Below are positions 20,311 to 33,143 of a stretch of DNA of 64,000 bases, piece by piece. The translations under genes were made by a program, and so were the position numbers. The notes under the pieces were generated by a model. It was not told where the DNA came from. It worked only from the letters and a program-made list of their open reading frames with translations, and made no database searches. The DNA comes from an uncultured Alphaproteobacteria bacterium. Lineage in GTDB: Bacteria > Pseudomonadota > Alphaproteobacteria > HIMB59 > GCA-002718135. The stretch covers positions 1,560 to 65,559 of the forward strand of contig CACLAN010000002.1 of assembly GCA_902604905.1 (NCBI GenBank). Reading direction: 5' to 3'. Every line of letters starts with the position of its first letter. The stretch's first letter is position 1.

Positions 20311-20549
20311 TGGAAGCTGAGATATATTCTAAAACTAATTGTGGTTATTGTGATAGAGCTAAATTAAGGTTATCTAAATATAATCCAAAAATTTATATGC
20401 TCGATAAGGATTACACAAGAGAAGACTTTTTTGAAAAGTTTCCAAATGCAAAAACTTTTCCTCAAATAATTTTAAACGGTGAAAAAATTGGTGGGTATCA
20501 TGAGCTTGAAAAGTGGTTTGAAATAAATACTTTTGATGAAGAGTTCTAA
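20310..20549 (+). CDS. Small glutaredoxin-like protein coupled to nrdAB
   Basis: CGYC redox motif near the N-terminus, 79 aa, TAATG overlap with the nrdB stop, Grx-like TFPQIILNGEKIGGY segment. Confidence 0.85.
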   Translation: MEAEIYSKTNCGYCDRAKLRLSKYNPKIYMLDKDYTREDFFEKFPNAKTFPQIILNGEKIGGYHELEKWFEINTFDEEF

Positions 20550-20674
20550 GTAACTCTTTTGTTACCCTTTCTTGTATAGGTTTTTTTACTTCTAATAATT
20601 TGTTGTTTGTACTTAGGTAATTTTAAATCTTGAGCATAGGGATTTCGTTTCTTATTTTTTTTTTTGACAGGCAT
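20546..20674 (-). CDS. Unlisted small basic ORF (42 aa), ArfA-like candidate: MPVKKKNKKRNPYAQDLKLPKYKQQIIRSKKTYTRKGNKRVT
   Basis: Hand-translated. The ATG lies 8 nt after the polA stop, and the TAG (20546-20548) overlaps the convergent glutaredoxin stop. It fills an otherwise empty 132-bp gap. 16 of 42 residues are K/R. The motif resembles E. coli ArfA [31 protein letters not shown]. Confidence 0.45.
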   Translation of the reverse strand: MPVKKKNKKRNPYAQDLKLPKYKQQIIRSKKTYTRKGNKRVT

Positions 20675-20681
20675 AAAAAGT

Positions 20682-23423
20682 CTAATGTGCCTGACCCCAA
20701 TTATCACCAGCACCATAATCAACAGTAAGTGGAACTAAAAAGTTTTTATGTTGTAAATGTACTGACTCCATAATTGTTTTTACATTGTTTACTAAATTAT
20801 CATATTTTCTATTTTCTACTTCAAAAATTAATTCGTCATGTACTTGTAAAAGCATCTCTGCCTCAATGTTTTTAAGTTTAATTTCTTTATGAATTTCAAT
20901 CATAGCTAACTTAATAATATCAGCCGCACTTCCTTGTATTGGAGCATTAATAGCTTGTCTTTCTGCAAAACCTCTAACAGCAAAATTCTTATCTGCAATT
21001 CCCTTAATATTAATTTTTCTTTTAAAAATTGTTTCAACATAGCGATTTGTTTTTGCAAAATCAATTTGATGGTCCATATATTTTTTAATCTTTGGATATT
21101 TATTAAAATATTCATTTATGTAATCTTTTGCTTCCGTATTTGAAATATCAAGTTGCTTAGCCAAACCATATGGGCTAATGCCATACAAAATACCAAAATT
21201 AATTGCTTTAGCTTTTCTTCTGTAATCATTATTTATTTGACTATCTTTTAAATTGAATATTTCCTTAGCAGTTGAAGCATGAATATCTTCATTATCTTTA
21301 AAAGCTTTAATAAAATTGTTATCTCCTGAAATTTCTGCAGCTAGCCTTAGTTCTATTTGAGAATAATCAAAACTGACTAGTTTTTTTCCTTTTGCACTAA
21401 TAAAAGCCGTTCTTATTTTTTTACCATTTTCAGTTCTAATTGGAATGTTTTGAAGATTTGGATCTGTAGAACTTAATCGACCTGTTAGTGTATTAGCTAA
21501 ACCAAAAGATGTATGAACTCTACTTTTATTGTCTGTTAATCTAAATAAAGCATCTGTATAAGTTGACTTTAGTTTCGTTAATTCTCTCCAATCAAGAACG
21601 AGTTTAGCAATTTCAAATCCCTCTGAGGATAAATTATTTAAAGTTGAAGAATCAGTAGAATACGTGCCTGATTTTGTTTTTTTACCACCAGGTATTTTAA
21701 GATTAACAAATAATATCTCTCCTAATTGCTTAGGTGATCCAATATTGAATTCTTTTTGTGAAAGTTTATAAATATTTTTTTCAAGTTTTTTACTTTCATT
21801 TTCAAATTCATTACTTAGATTTGTTAAAAACTTTTTATTTACTTCAATGCCATTTGATTCGATTGAAGATAATACCTCTACAAGAGGTAAATCGATGTTT
21901 CGATAAACAAAATTAGCCTTTTCTTTTATTAAACGAGGATAAAGATAATGAAAAAGCCTGAATGTTAATAGAGAATCTTCTGCAGCATAATTAATTGCGT
22001 TATCAATAGTTACTTTATCAAAAGTAATTTCATTTTTCCCTGTTCCAACGATTTCCTTATATTTAATTGTCGTATGATTTAAATGATTAAATGATAGATC
22101 ATCTAAATTGTGTTTAAAAATTCCATTATCTATTGAATAAGAAATTAACATAGTGTCTGCAATTGAATTAAAAACTACCCCGTACTTATTTAAAATTCTA
22201 ATATCATATTTTATATTTTGCCCAATTTTTAAGATCGATTCATTTTCACATATTTTATTAATATTATTAATTACATATTTTTCCTCTAACTGATTATCAA
22301 TTTTTTTAGAACCGTCTAAAGTAGTGTGGTTTATAGGAATATAATAAGAAGTACTTTCACTACAACAAATTGATATGCCAACTAATTTAGCTTTTTCTAT
22401 ATCGAGTGAATTAGTTTCAGTATCTATAGCGCATATGCCATTTTTTTCAATTTCACTTAAAACTTTTTCAAAATTATTCTTTGTATTAATTAATAGATAC
22501 TTTGGCTCTATTTCTTTTTTTTGAACGCTATTATCATTATCACTAGATATAAAAGAATTAGATTTTAATCTTTCAGATATTGATCTAAAACCCTGCTCTT
22601 TAAGAAAATCAAAGATATTATTATTTTCATTTTTTAATTCATTATAAGTTTTTATTTTATTAATACTCTCAGGTATCTGGACATCATGTTTTAGTGTTAC
22701 AAGTTTTAAACTTAATCTAATGTTATTTTCAGCTTCTATTAAAATATTTCTTCTTTTTTCTTGTTTAATTTTATCAAGATTTTTAATTAAACCGTCAATG
22801 TTACTAAATTCATTTATTAATTGAGATGCTGTCTTAGGGCCTATTCCAGGAGCACCTGGAACATTATCTACTTTATCACCTGTTAAAGCTTGAATAAAAA
22901 TAACCTTATTAGGTTTAACTCCAAATTTTTCCTCAACATCTTTTATTTCAATTTTTTTATTTTTCATTGGATCAAGCATTGTCACTGTATTACTAACAAG
23001 TTGCATTAAATCTTTATCCGAGGAAACTATGATAGTCTCGATTTCATCTTTTTCAGCCAACTTAACATAAGTAGCAATGAGATCATCAGCTTCAAATCCT
23101 TCTATTTCTAATTGGGGGATATTAAAGCTTCGTACACATTCTCTAATTAATGGAAACTGTGGAACTAAATCGTCAGGAGCTTCTCCTCTATTAGCTTTAT
23201 ATTCTGGATAAATTTTATTTCTAAAGTTTTCTCTTGCAGCATCAAAAATGACAATCATTTTATCATCACTATAGTCTTCAATCAGTTTTACTAGCATGTT
23301 AGTAAATCCAAAAACTGCATTAATAGGTGTACCGTCAGCACGATTCATTGGAGGAAGACCATAATAAGCTCTAAAAATGTATGCTGAGCCGTCAACTAGT
23401 ATCAATCTACTCTTTTTATTCAT
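20682..23423 (-). CDS. polA: DNA polymerase I
   Basis: 5'-nuclease N-terminus, 3'-5' exonuclease region, and polymerase motifs DYSQIELR and QVHDELIFE; 913 aa. Confidence 0.97.
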   Translation of the reverse strand: MNKKSRLILVDGSAYIFRAYYGLPPMNRADGTPINAVFGFTNMLVKLIEDYSDDKMIVIFDAARENFRNKIYPEYKANRGEAPDDLVPQFPLIRECVRSFNIPQLEIEGFEADDLIATYVKLAEKDEIETIIVSSDKDLMQLVSNTVTMLDPMKNKKIEIKDVEEKFGVKPNKVIFIQALTGDKVDNVPGAPGIGPKTASQLINEFSNIDGLIKNLDKIKQEKRRNILIEAENNIRLSLKLVTLKHDVQIPESINKIKTYNELKNENNNIFDFLKEQGFRSISERLKSNSFISSDNDNSVQKKEIEPKYLLINTKNNFEKVLSEIEKNGICAIDTETNSLDIEKAKLVGISICCSESTSYYIPINHTTLDGSKKIDNQLEEKYVINNINKICENESILKIGQNIKYDIRILNKYGVVFNSIADTMLISYSIDNGIFKHNLDDLSFNHLNHTTIKYKEIVGTGKNEITFDKVTIDNAINYAAEDSLLTFRLFHYLYPRLIKEKANFVYRNIDLPLVEVLSSIESNGIEVNKKFLTNLSNEFENESKKLEKNIYKLSQKEFNIGSPKQLGEILFVNLKIPGGKKTKSGTYSTDSSTLNNLSSEGFEIAKLVLDWRELTKLKSTYTDALFRLTDNKSRVHTSFGLANTLTGRLSSTDPNLQNIPIRTENGKKIRTAFISAKGKKLVSFDYSQIELRLAAEISGDNNFIKAFKDNEDIHASTAKEIFNLKDSQINNDYRRKAKAINFGILYGISPYGLAKQLDISNTEAKDYINEYFNKYPKIKKYMDHQIDFAKTNRYVETIFKRKINIKGIADKNFAVRGFAERQAINAPIQGSAADIIKLAMIEIHKEIKLKNIEAEMLLQVHDELIFEVENRKYDNLVNNVKTIMESVHLQHKNFLVPLTVDYGAGDNWGQAH

Positions 23424-23454
23424 TGTAAAGTTAAATATATAAGATTTTAAATAA

Positions 23455-24393
23455 ATGTCAGATTATAAATATTCAATTGAAGCTAAAAATGTAAATAAAG
23501 TTTTCTATAAAAAATCTCAAAAAATAAATGCATTAATTGATTTTAATATTAAAATAGAAAAAAGTACAATTCATGGTTTACTAGGGCCTAATGGAGCTGG
23601 TAAATCAACTTTCATAAATATTCTTGGTGGTTTAGTAAATAAAGACACTGGTGATGTTAAAATTTGTGGATTAAATATTGATGAAAATATTAAATTAAGT
23701 AAATTCAAAATAGGAATAGTTCCTCAAGAACTCAATATAGATCCTTTTTTTTCTCCAGCTGAATTGCTAGAGCTTCAAGCAGGTTTATACGGGGTCCCAA
23801 AAAGAAAAAGGAAAACTGATGAAATTCTTGAAAATTTGAAATTGACTGATCAAAGAAATGCTTATGCAAGAACATTATCTGGTGGAATGCGACGAAGGTT
23901 ACTTATAGGAAAAGCCTTAGTGCATGATCCTGAAATGATAATTCTAGATGAACCTACAGCAGGTGTAGACATTGATATAAGAACTTCGGTTTGGAATTAT
24001 ATCAAAAGAATAAGCAAGCAGGGAAAGACTATTTGTTTAACAACTCATTATTTGGAAGAAGCTGAAAATCTTTGTGATAATATAACTATTATTAATTCTG
24101 GTAAAATAGTTATTGAAGGATCAAAGAATGATCTTTTAAATATTGTTTCTACTAAATCAGTTTCCTTTGTCTTAGATAAAAGTGTTAGCATTCCTAAAGA
24201 GTTGAATGGATTTAAACCCATAATTACTAATAACATTTTAAAACTAAATTATGATAAAAATAAAACTAACCTAAAAAAAATTATTAATATTTTGGATAGT
24301 AATGGGATAGAGTTTAAAGAAATTAATACATCTGAAGGCGACTTAGAGGATGTCTTTATTAAAGTGGTTCGTAAAAATGATACTACACTCTAA
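23455..24393 (+). CDS. ABC transporter ATP-binding protein (ABC-2 type) with a C-terminal accessory domain
   Basis: Walker A GPNGAGKST, signature LSGGMRRRL, Walker B IILDEPT. No ABC-2 permease gene is adjacent. Confidence 0.9.
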   Translation: MSDYKYSIEAKNVNKVFYKKSQKINALIDFNIKIEKSTIHGLLGPNGAGKSTFINILGGLVNKDTGDVKICGLNIDENIKLSKFKIGIVPQELNIDPFFSPAELLELQAGLYGVPKRKRKTDEILENLKLTDQRNAYARTLSGGMRRRLLIGKALVHDPEMIILDEPTAGVDIDIRTSVWNYIKRISKQGKTICLTTHYLEEAENLCDNITIINSGKIVIEGSKNDLLNIVSTKSVSFVLDKSVSIPKELNGFKPIITNNILKLNYDKNKTNLKKIINILDSNGIEFKEINTSEGDLEDVFIKVVRKNDTTL

Positions 24394-25699
24394 AAACTTA
24401 TTAAGTTATCTTTTTTTACTGATCCCTTTATTTTTAATTACTGGTCCAGCAATACCTGATATTGTAATTACATTAGGCGTACTATTTGGAATATTTTATA
24501 TTCTTTATCGAAAAGAATATGAAAACATTATAAATTTAAATTTATTTAGAATTTCAATTATATTTTGGTTAAGTTTAATATTAATAAGTTTCTTTTCATA
24601 TAATAAAACATATTCTTTCCAAGATTCTGCAATTTTTATTAGATTTTTATTGATACCATTTTTTTGTTATTTTGTATTTTTTAAAAATAAAAAATTTTTT
24701 GGAAGATTATTATTAGTTTTGTTTGTTATTGTTGCGTTTGTTAGCATAGATACATTTTATCAATTCATTAATTATACATCTAAGGATGGTTTTAAGGAAG
24801 ATTTATTAGGATTTAAATCAAACTGGTATGGAAGATTAACTGGTCCTTTTGGAGATGAGTTAATTCCAGGATCGTATCTTTCAAAGTTTGGTTTATTTGG
24901 TTTTGTATTTCTTATATCTATAAAAAGATTAGAAAATAATATAATTATTCAATCACTTTATTTGTCTTTAATAGTTTTAATTTGTTACATATCTGGCGAA
25001 AGGATGGCATTTGCAACATTCTCTTTAGGCTTAATACTTTTGTTAATTTTTTTAGATGGATTTAGAAAATCTATTTTAATATCAATTTTTATTAGTGCAT
25101 TATTTATATTTTTAGCGATTTATTCTCACCCCTTTTATAATGATTTTAATGTAATTGAGTCTACTCAGTACCATCAAGGTCAGAAAATAGAAAAATTTTT
25201 TCAGTGTGAAAATGATTCTGAAAAAATTTGTTCAAAAATTATAAATATTCAGCCTAATTTTTTTGAGGTAATTAAAAATTTTGGCTCCTCTGCTTATGGT
25301 GAAATTTATTTACTATCGTTTAAAATGTTTTTAGATAACCCAATTACAGGCATTGGTATTAATAATTTTCAATATCTATGTGATTACAATGATTTATACA
25401 AAAACATGATGATAAATTATGATTGCGCATCTCATCCACACAATATTTATATACAATGGTTAGCAGAAGGTGGTTTAATAGTGTTTATTTCATTTATTTT
25501 ATACTTATTTTTCTTAGTCAATTTTATAATAAATAATACTGGTGATAAAAAGTATAAAATAATTTCTACCGTGATCATTATAATAATGTTTTGGCCTATG
25601 ATGTCGACTGGAAGTTTAATCAAAAATTGGTTTGGCGTGACTACATTTTTTATTATTGGATTATGTATGTGCCTCAGCAAATTTAAAAATAGTCACTAA
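24350..25699 (+). CDS. O-antigen ligase/polymerase-family (Wzy_C domain) integral membrane protein
   Basis: About 10-12 TM helices and the Wzy_C-type motif HPHNIYIQWLAEGGLIVF. An ATG at 24377 is an alternative start that would reduce the overlap with the ABC gene. Confidence 0.75.
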   Translation: MSLLKWFVKMILHSKNLLSYLFLLIPLFLITGPAIPDIVITLGVLFGIFYILYRKEYENIINLNLFRISIIFWLSLILISFFSYNKTYSFQDSAIFIRFLLIPFFCYFVFFKNKKFFGRLLLVLFVIVAFVSIDTFYQFINYTSKDGFKEDLLGFKSNWYGRLTGPFGDELIPGSYLSKFGLFGFVFLISIKRLENNIIIQSLYLSLIVLICYISGERMAFATFSLGLILLLIFLDGFRKSILISIFISALFIFLAIYSHPFYNDFNVIESTQYHQGQKIEKFFQCENDSEKICSKIINIQPNFFEVIKNFGSSAYGEIYLLSFKMFLDNPITGIGINNFQYLCDYNDLYKNMMINYDCASHPHNIYIQWLAEGGLIVFISFILYLFFLVNFIINNTGDKKYKIISTVIIIIMFWPMMSTGSLIKNWFGVTTFFIIGLCMCLSKFKNSH

Positions 25700-26714
25700 A
25701 CTTTGAATTTGAGAAAATTCTTTTAAATTTTCGAGCAACAAATAAACCTGATACAAAAAAAATAATTACAGCTAATGTTGTTCCATTACCTTTACCAAAT
25801 AATGAACCAACAAAAATAAAAAGAAATATTATTGTTGAAGACAAAATTTTAAAATGAATTCCTAAAATAGAACCTAAAATGAAAAAAATAAAAATAAAAA
25901 AAGTATTTCCTAATCCCATACCAAAGTGAGATCCTACAAACGCCATATAAATTGAAGAATAGATAATTGATAAATTCGTTGGAACAGAATTATCAAAGAA
26001 TCTAACTTTAATAAGATAATAAAATGATTTTAACCCATCAACCCATGTAATTTTTTTTCCTTGAGTTTTAGATCTAAAAAAATATGAAACACCAAACTCA
26101 TATATAAAAAAGTTATTTCTTACAATTTGTGATGCTAGATCAATTTCAATACCAAAGTCATTTATACTAAGTTTAATTTTTTCAATTACACTTCTGTGTA
26201 AAATTTTTAATCCACAGTGAACATCACTTAATGATTGTGAAAAAAACATATTGAATATTAAAGAATTTATTTTTCCCACAAGGTTATTAAAAAAATAATT
26301 ATTTTTCTTTAATTTACCTGATACATATCTACTACCAAATATACATTTTATATCTTTGTTAGTAGTTATCATTTCAAACATTTCTTTAGCATCTTTACAG
26401 TCTAATTCTAAATCTGCATCTTGAAGCAAAACATATTCTCCATTTGAATTTTTAATACCTGTCTGAATTGCTTTTCCTTTTCCTGAATTAATATCAAGTC
26501 TAATAATTTTAAACGAAAACTTGTAGTTATTGTTTTTTTTTAATTCTGCTAGTAAATTTGAAGAGCCGTCAGTTGAGCCGTCATCAACTACAATAATTTC
26601 GGTATGTTTATCGTTAAAAAATTTTTTAATTTGTACAAAGAGTTCGTTAAGAAAGTTTATTTCATTAAAAACAGGTATAACTATAGATAAGGTTTTACTA
26701 TTCTCTTGGGGCAT
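25683..26714 (-). CDS. Family-2 glycosyltransferase with a C-terminal multi-TM region (polyprenyl-phosphate glycosyltransferase-like)
   Basis: VIPVFNE, DDGSTDGS and QDADLE motifs of GT2 enzymes, with about 4 TM helices at the C-terminus. It overlaps the regA stop by 17 nt. Confidence 0.85.
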   Translation of the reverse strand: MPQENSKTLSIVIPVFNEINFLNELFVQIKKFFNDKHTEIIVVDDGSTDGSSNLLAELKKNNNYKFSFKIIRLDINSGKGKAIQTGIKNSNGEYVLLQDADLELDCKDAKEMFEMITTNKDIKCIFGSRYVSGKLKKNNYFFNNLVGKINSLIFNMFFSQSLSDVHCGLKILHRSVIEKIKLSINDFGIEIDLASQIVRNNFFIYEFGVSYFFRSKTQGKKITWVDGLKSFYYLIKVRFFDNSVPTNLSIIYSSIYMAFVGSHFGMGLGNTFFIFIFFILGSILGIHFKILSSTIIFLFIFVGSLFGKGNGTTLAVIIFFVSGLFVARKFKRIFSNSKFSDYF

Positions 26715-27225
26715 GTTTATTCAGTATTCTTTGTAATGTGCGTCTATGCATTCTTAATCTTCTAGCTGTTTCAGATACATTTCTATTACACTGTATAAAC
26801 ACTCTTTGAATATGTTCCCATCTAATTCGATCTGCTGTCATTGGATTTTCTGGTGGCGGAGGTAGTATTTCCTTTGAGTTAGTAAGAGCATCATAGATTT
26901 GATCAATTTCTGCTGGTTTTGGTAGATAGTCTATTGCTCCTGATTTAATTGCAGCTACTGCTGTTGCAATGTTTCCATAACCAGTTAGTAAAAGTGATTT
27001 AGTTTGAGGGCTAATTTTTTGAAGTTCTTTTACCAATTCTAAACCAGAGCCATCCTCTAATCGCATATCCACAACGGCATAATCAAAGTTATTTTCGGAT
27101 ACTTTACTTAAGGAATCTTTAAATCCTGGAGAAGATATTACGTCAAAACCCTTTTTTTCCATTGATCTGGATAATCTTTCCCTAAAGGGTAAATCGTCAT
27201 CTACAATTAAAAGTTTCATACTCAT
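26698..27225 (-). CDS. regA: Redox response regulator RegA/PrrA/ActR
   Basis: Receiver domain plus the near-invariant HTH NVSETARRLRMHRRTLQRIL; 175 aa. Confidence 0.92.
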   Translation of the reverse strand: MSMKLLIVDDDLPFRERLSRSMEKKGFDVISSPGFKDSLSKVSENNFDYAVVDMRLEDGSGLELVKELQKISPQTKSLLLTGYGNIATAVAAIKSGAIDYLPKPAEIDQIYDALTNSKEILPPPPENPMTADRIRWEHIQRVFIQCNRNVSETARRLRMHRRTLQRILNKHAPRE

Positions 27226-28451
27226 ATATTTAAGATAGAGTTATCAAATATAATTTCAACAACAGCATTTTCATCAATTGAATTATAAAAAGAGAGTTTT
27301 CCTCCCATATTTTCTATCAAATTTTTTGATATAAAAATTCCCAATCCCATACCTTCAGTGTTTTTGGAAATATAAGGCTCGCCTAACTTATCTATTATCT
27401 CTTTTGAAAAACCATTTCCATCATCAGTAATAATGATTTTTACACTTAAATTATCATAAATAATATTTACTGTAACAATGGATTTAGAGTGGAATATTGC
27501 ATTCTGAATAATATTTCCCAATGCATACATTATTTCATCTTTAAAAATAATTTCAGGTTCATCAACAACAACTGTTTTTTTAATTTTTAAAGATTTACCT
27601 TTATTAAATTTTTCAAAATTTATTTTAATTAGATCAGTAAGCTTAACTTTATTGAGAAATTTATCTTTAATTTTTAAAGGATTTTTTGAAAGACGTTGCA
27701 AAATCTCTTTACACCGTTCAGCTTGAGATTTTAATAAAATTATATCTTTTACAATGTTTTTATCCTCAATTAACTTTTTTTCTTTAAGTAAATCATTTAA
27801 AATTAAAAAAATAGTATTGAGTGGAGTGCCCAATTCATGTGCAGTAGCTGCACTTAATGAACCAACTTCTGTAATTTTTTTTTGATTTAAAATTTGTAAT
27901 TTTGAAACTGATAAAGCATTTGATATCTTTCTTGAAGAACTAGCAAACAGGTATGCATAAATTGCTATAAAAATTACAGTTATAATTAATGATGAAACTA
28001 AACCAAAACTATATATGTCTGGTAAATAAAATTGCTGTCCGAGATCGAGAGGAATAAAATAAAAGTTTAATAAGAAAATAATAATTATTGATATTGTCGA
28101 TAAAATTACTGTCATCAAAGCAGGAAGATAAGATGCTGATGTGATTACCGGCGCTAAAATTAATATTGAGAATGGATTAATTATGCCACCTGTTAAAAAT
28201 AATAAAAATCCCAATTGTAACGTATCAAAAAGTAAAAATAAAAAAGCTTTAATATTGCTAATTGTTTTATTTTTTCTTTCTTCAAAATATGAATAGAAAT
28301 TAATAATTACAGAAAGTAGAATTATTGATAATGTTTCATACAAAGGAATTTGTATTTTAAGTACATAAGCAACAAAAAATATAGCTAAAATTTGTCCGAA
28401 TATAGCAATCCATCTAATTTTTATTAAATTACCTAATAAAATTGTATTCAT
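27222..28451 (-). CDS. regB: Redox sensor histidine kinase RegB/PrrB/ActS
   Basis: Six TM helices with the quinone-site motif GGIINPF, H-box AATAHELGTPLNTI, and a conserved Cys in AERCKEIL. Confidence 0.9.
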   Translation of the reverse strand: MNTILLGNLIKIRWIAIFGQILAIFFVAYVLKIQIPLYETLSIILLSVIINFYSYFEERKNKTISNIKAFLFLLFDTLQLGFLLFLTGGIINPFSILILAPVITSASYLPALMTVILSTISIIIIFLLNFYFIPLDLGQQFYLPDIYSFGLVSSLIITVIFIAIYAYLFASSSRKISNALSVSKLQILNQKKITEVGSLSAATAHELGTPLNTIFLILNDLLKEKKLIEDKNIVKDIILLKSQAERCKEILQRLSKNPLKIKDKFLNKVKLTDLIKINFEKFNKGKSLKIKKTVVVDEPEIIFKDEIMYALGNIIQNAIFHSKSIVTVNIIYDNLSVKIIITDDGNGFSKEIIDKLGEPYISKNTEGMGLGIFISKNLIENMGGKLSFYNSIDENAVVEIIFDNSILNI

Positions 28452-28456
28452 TAAAT

Positions 28457-32001
<3,545 letters not shown>

Positions 32002-32004
32002 ATT

Positions 32005-33120
32005 TTAGACTCTCATTGGCATTAAAACATAGATCAAGTTACTATTTGAATTTTCAAGTGCTATAATTGGAGATGTATTATCTTTCAAGTTAATTGAAAT
32101 TTCTTCATCTTCAAGATTATTAACGATGTCCATAATATATTTAGAATTAAAGCCAATTTCAATTTCATCACCACTATAATCTATTTTTAAATCCTCTGAA
32201 GCTGAACTGCTTTCATTATTTATAGTATTTAAATTAAGAATATTTTGTAATAATTTAAATTTAACTACTGGTGATTTTTCATTAGCTATAGTACTAACTC
32301 TATCTACAGCTGATAATAATATCTCTCTATTTATTTTTAAAATATTTGAATTATCTTTTGGAATTACTCTTTTATAATCTGGAAAACTTCCATCTATTAA
32401 CTTTGAAATAAATATTATATTTTCTATAGTAAATACAATTTTATTTGAGCTAATAGATATGTTAACATCCTTATCTATCTCTGATAATAATTTGCATAAT
32501 TCATAAATAGTTTTTTTTGGAATTATAACTCCTGATACTTGATCAATATTATCTTCTATATTATGACTAAATTTTGCTAAGCGGTGACCATCAGTACCCA
32601 CAAGAGTAAGAATGCTATTACTTTGATCTTTAGTTATATTAAAATATAAGCCATTTAAAAAATATCTCGTTTCTTCATTTGATATAGCAAACTTGGTTTT
32701 ATCAATTAATTTAAAAATAATTTTAGAATTTATTTTGATAGTATTTCCTGAATTCTCTTGATCAATTATTGGGTAATCTTCTTTTGATAAACAAGCTAAG
32801 GAAAATCTTGAGCCATCTGCTCTTAAAGTTAACAAATTTCCATCATTTGAAATAATTTCTATTTCACTATTATCATCAATTTTTCTAACTATATCATATA
32901 AAATCTGTGAATTAATTGTGGTGGAGCCATCTTCTATTACATTACAATCAATTTTTTCAATAATTGAAATATCCATATCCGTTGATGATAATGTTAATGA
33001 ATTATCTTTAGCTTCAATTAATATATTGGATAATATTGGTAATGAATTTTTTTTATCAACTATTCCCTGAAGATGAGATAAAGTTTTAAAAAAATTAGAA
33101 CGAAATATTTTAAATTTCAT
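32005..33120 (-). CDS. dnaN: DNA polymerase III beta sliding clamp
   Basis: 371 aa, three-domain clamp-sized protein directly downstream of dnaA. Confidence 0.92.
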   Translation of the reverse strand: MKFKIFRSNFFKTLSHLQGIVDKKNSLPILSNILIEAKDNSLTLSSTDMDISIIEKIDCNVIEDGSTTINSQILYDIVRKIDDNSEIEIISNDGNLLTLRADGSRFSLACLSKEDYPIIDQENSGNTIKINSKIIFKLIDKTKFAISNEETRYFLNGLYFNITKDQSNSILTLVGTDGHRLAKFSHNIEDNIDQVSGVIIPKKTIYELCKLLSEIDKDVNISISSNKIVFTIENIIFISKLIDGSFPDYKRVIPKDNSNILKINREILLSAVDRVSTIANEKSPVVKFKLLQNILNLNTINNESSSASEDLKIDYSGDEIEIGFNSKYIMDIVNNLEDEEISINLKDNTSPIIALENSNSNLIYVLMPMRV

Positions 33121-33143
33121 AATTAAGCATATGATAAAAAAAA

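Noticed and set aside
20666-20692. Inverted repeat CAGGCA...TGCCTG around the polA stop, next to an 11-T run, as a bidirectional terminator.
   Set aside because: On the plus strand the T-run precedes the stem, and on the minus strand an A-run follows it, so neither orientation is a canonical terminator. The run encodes the KKK of the small basic ORF instead.
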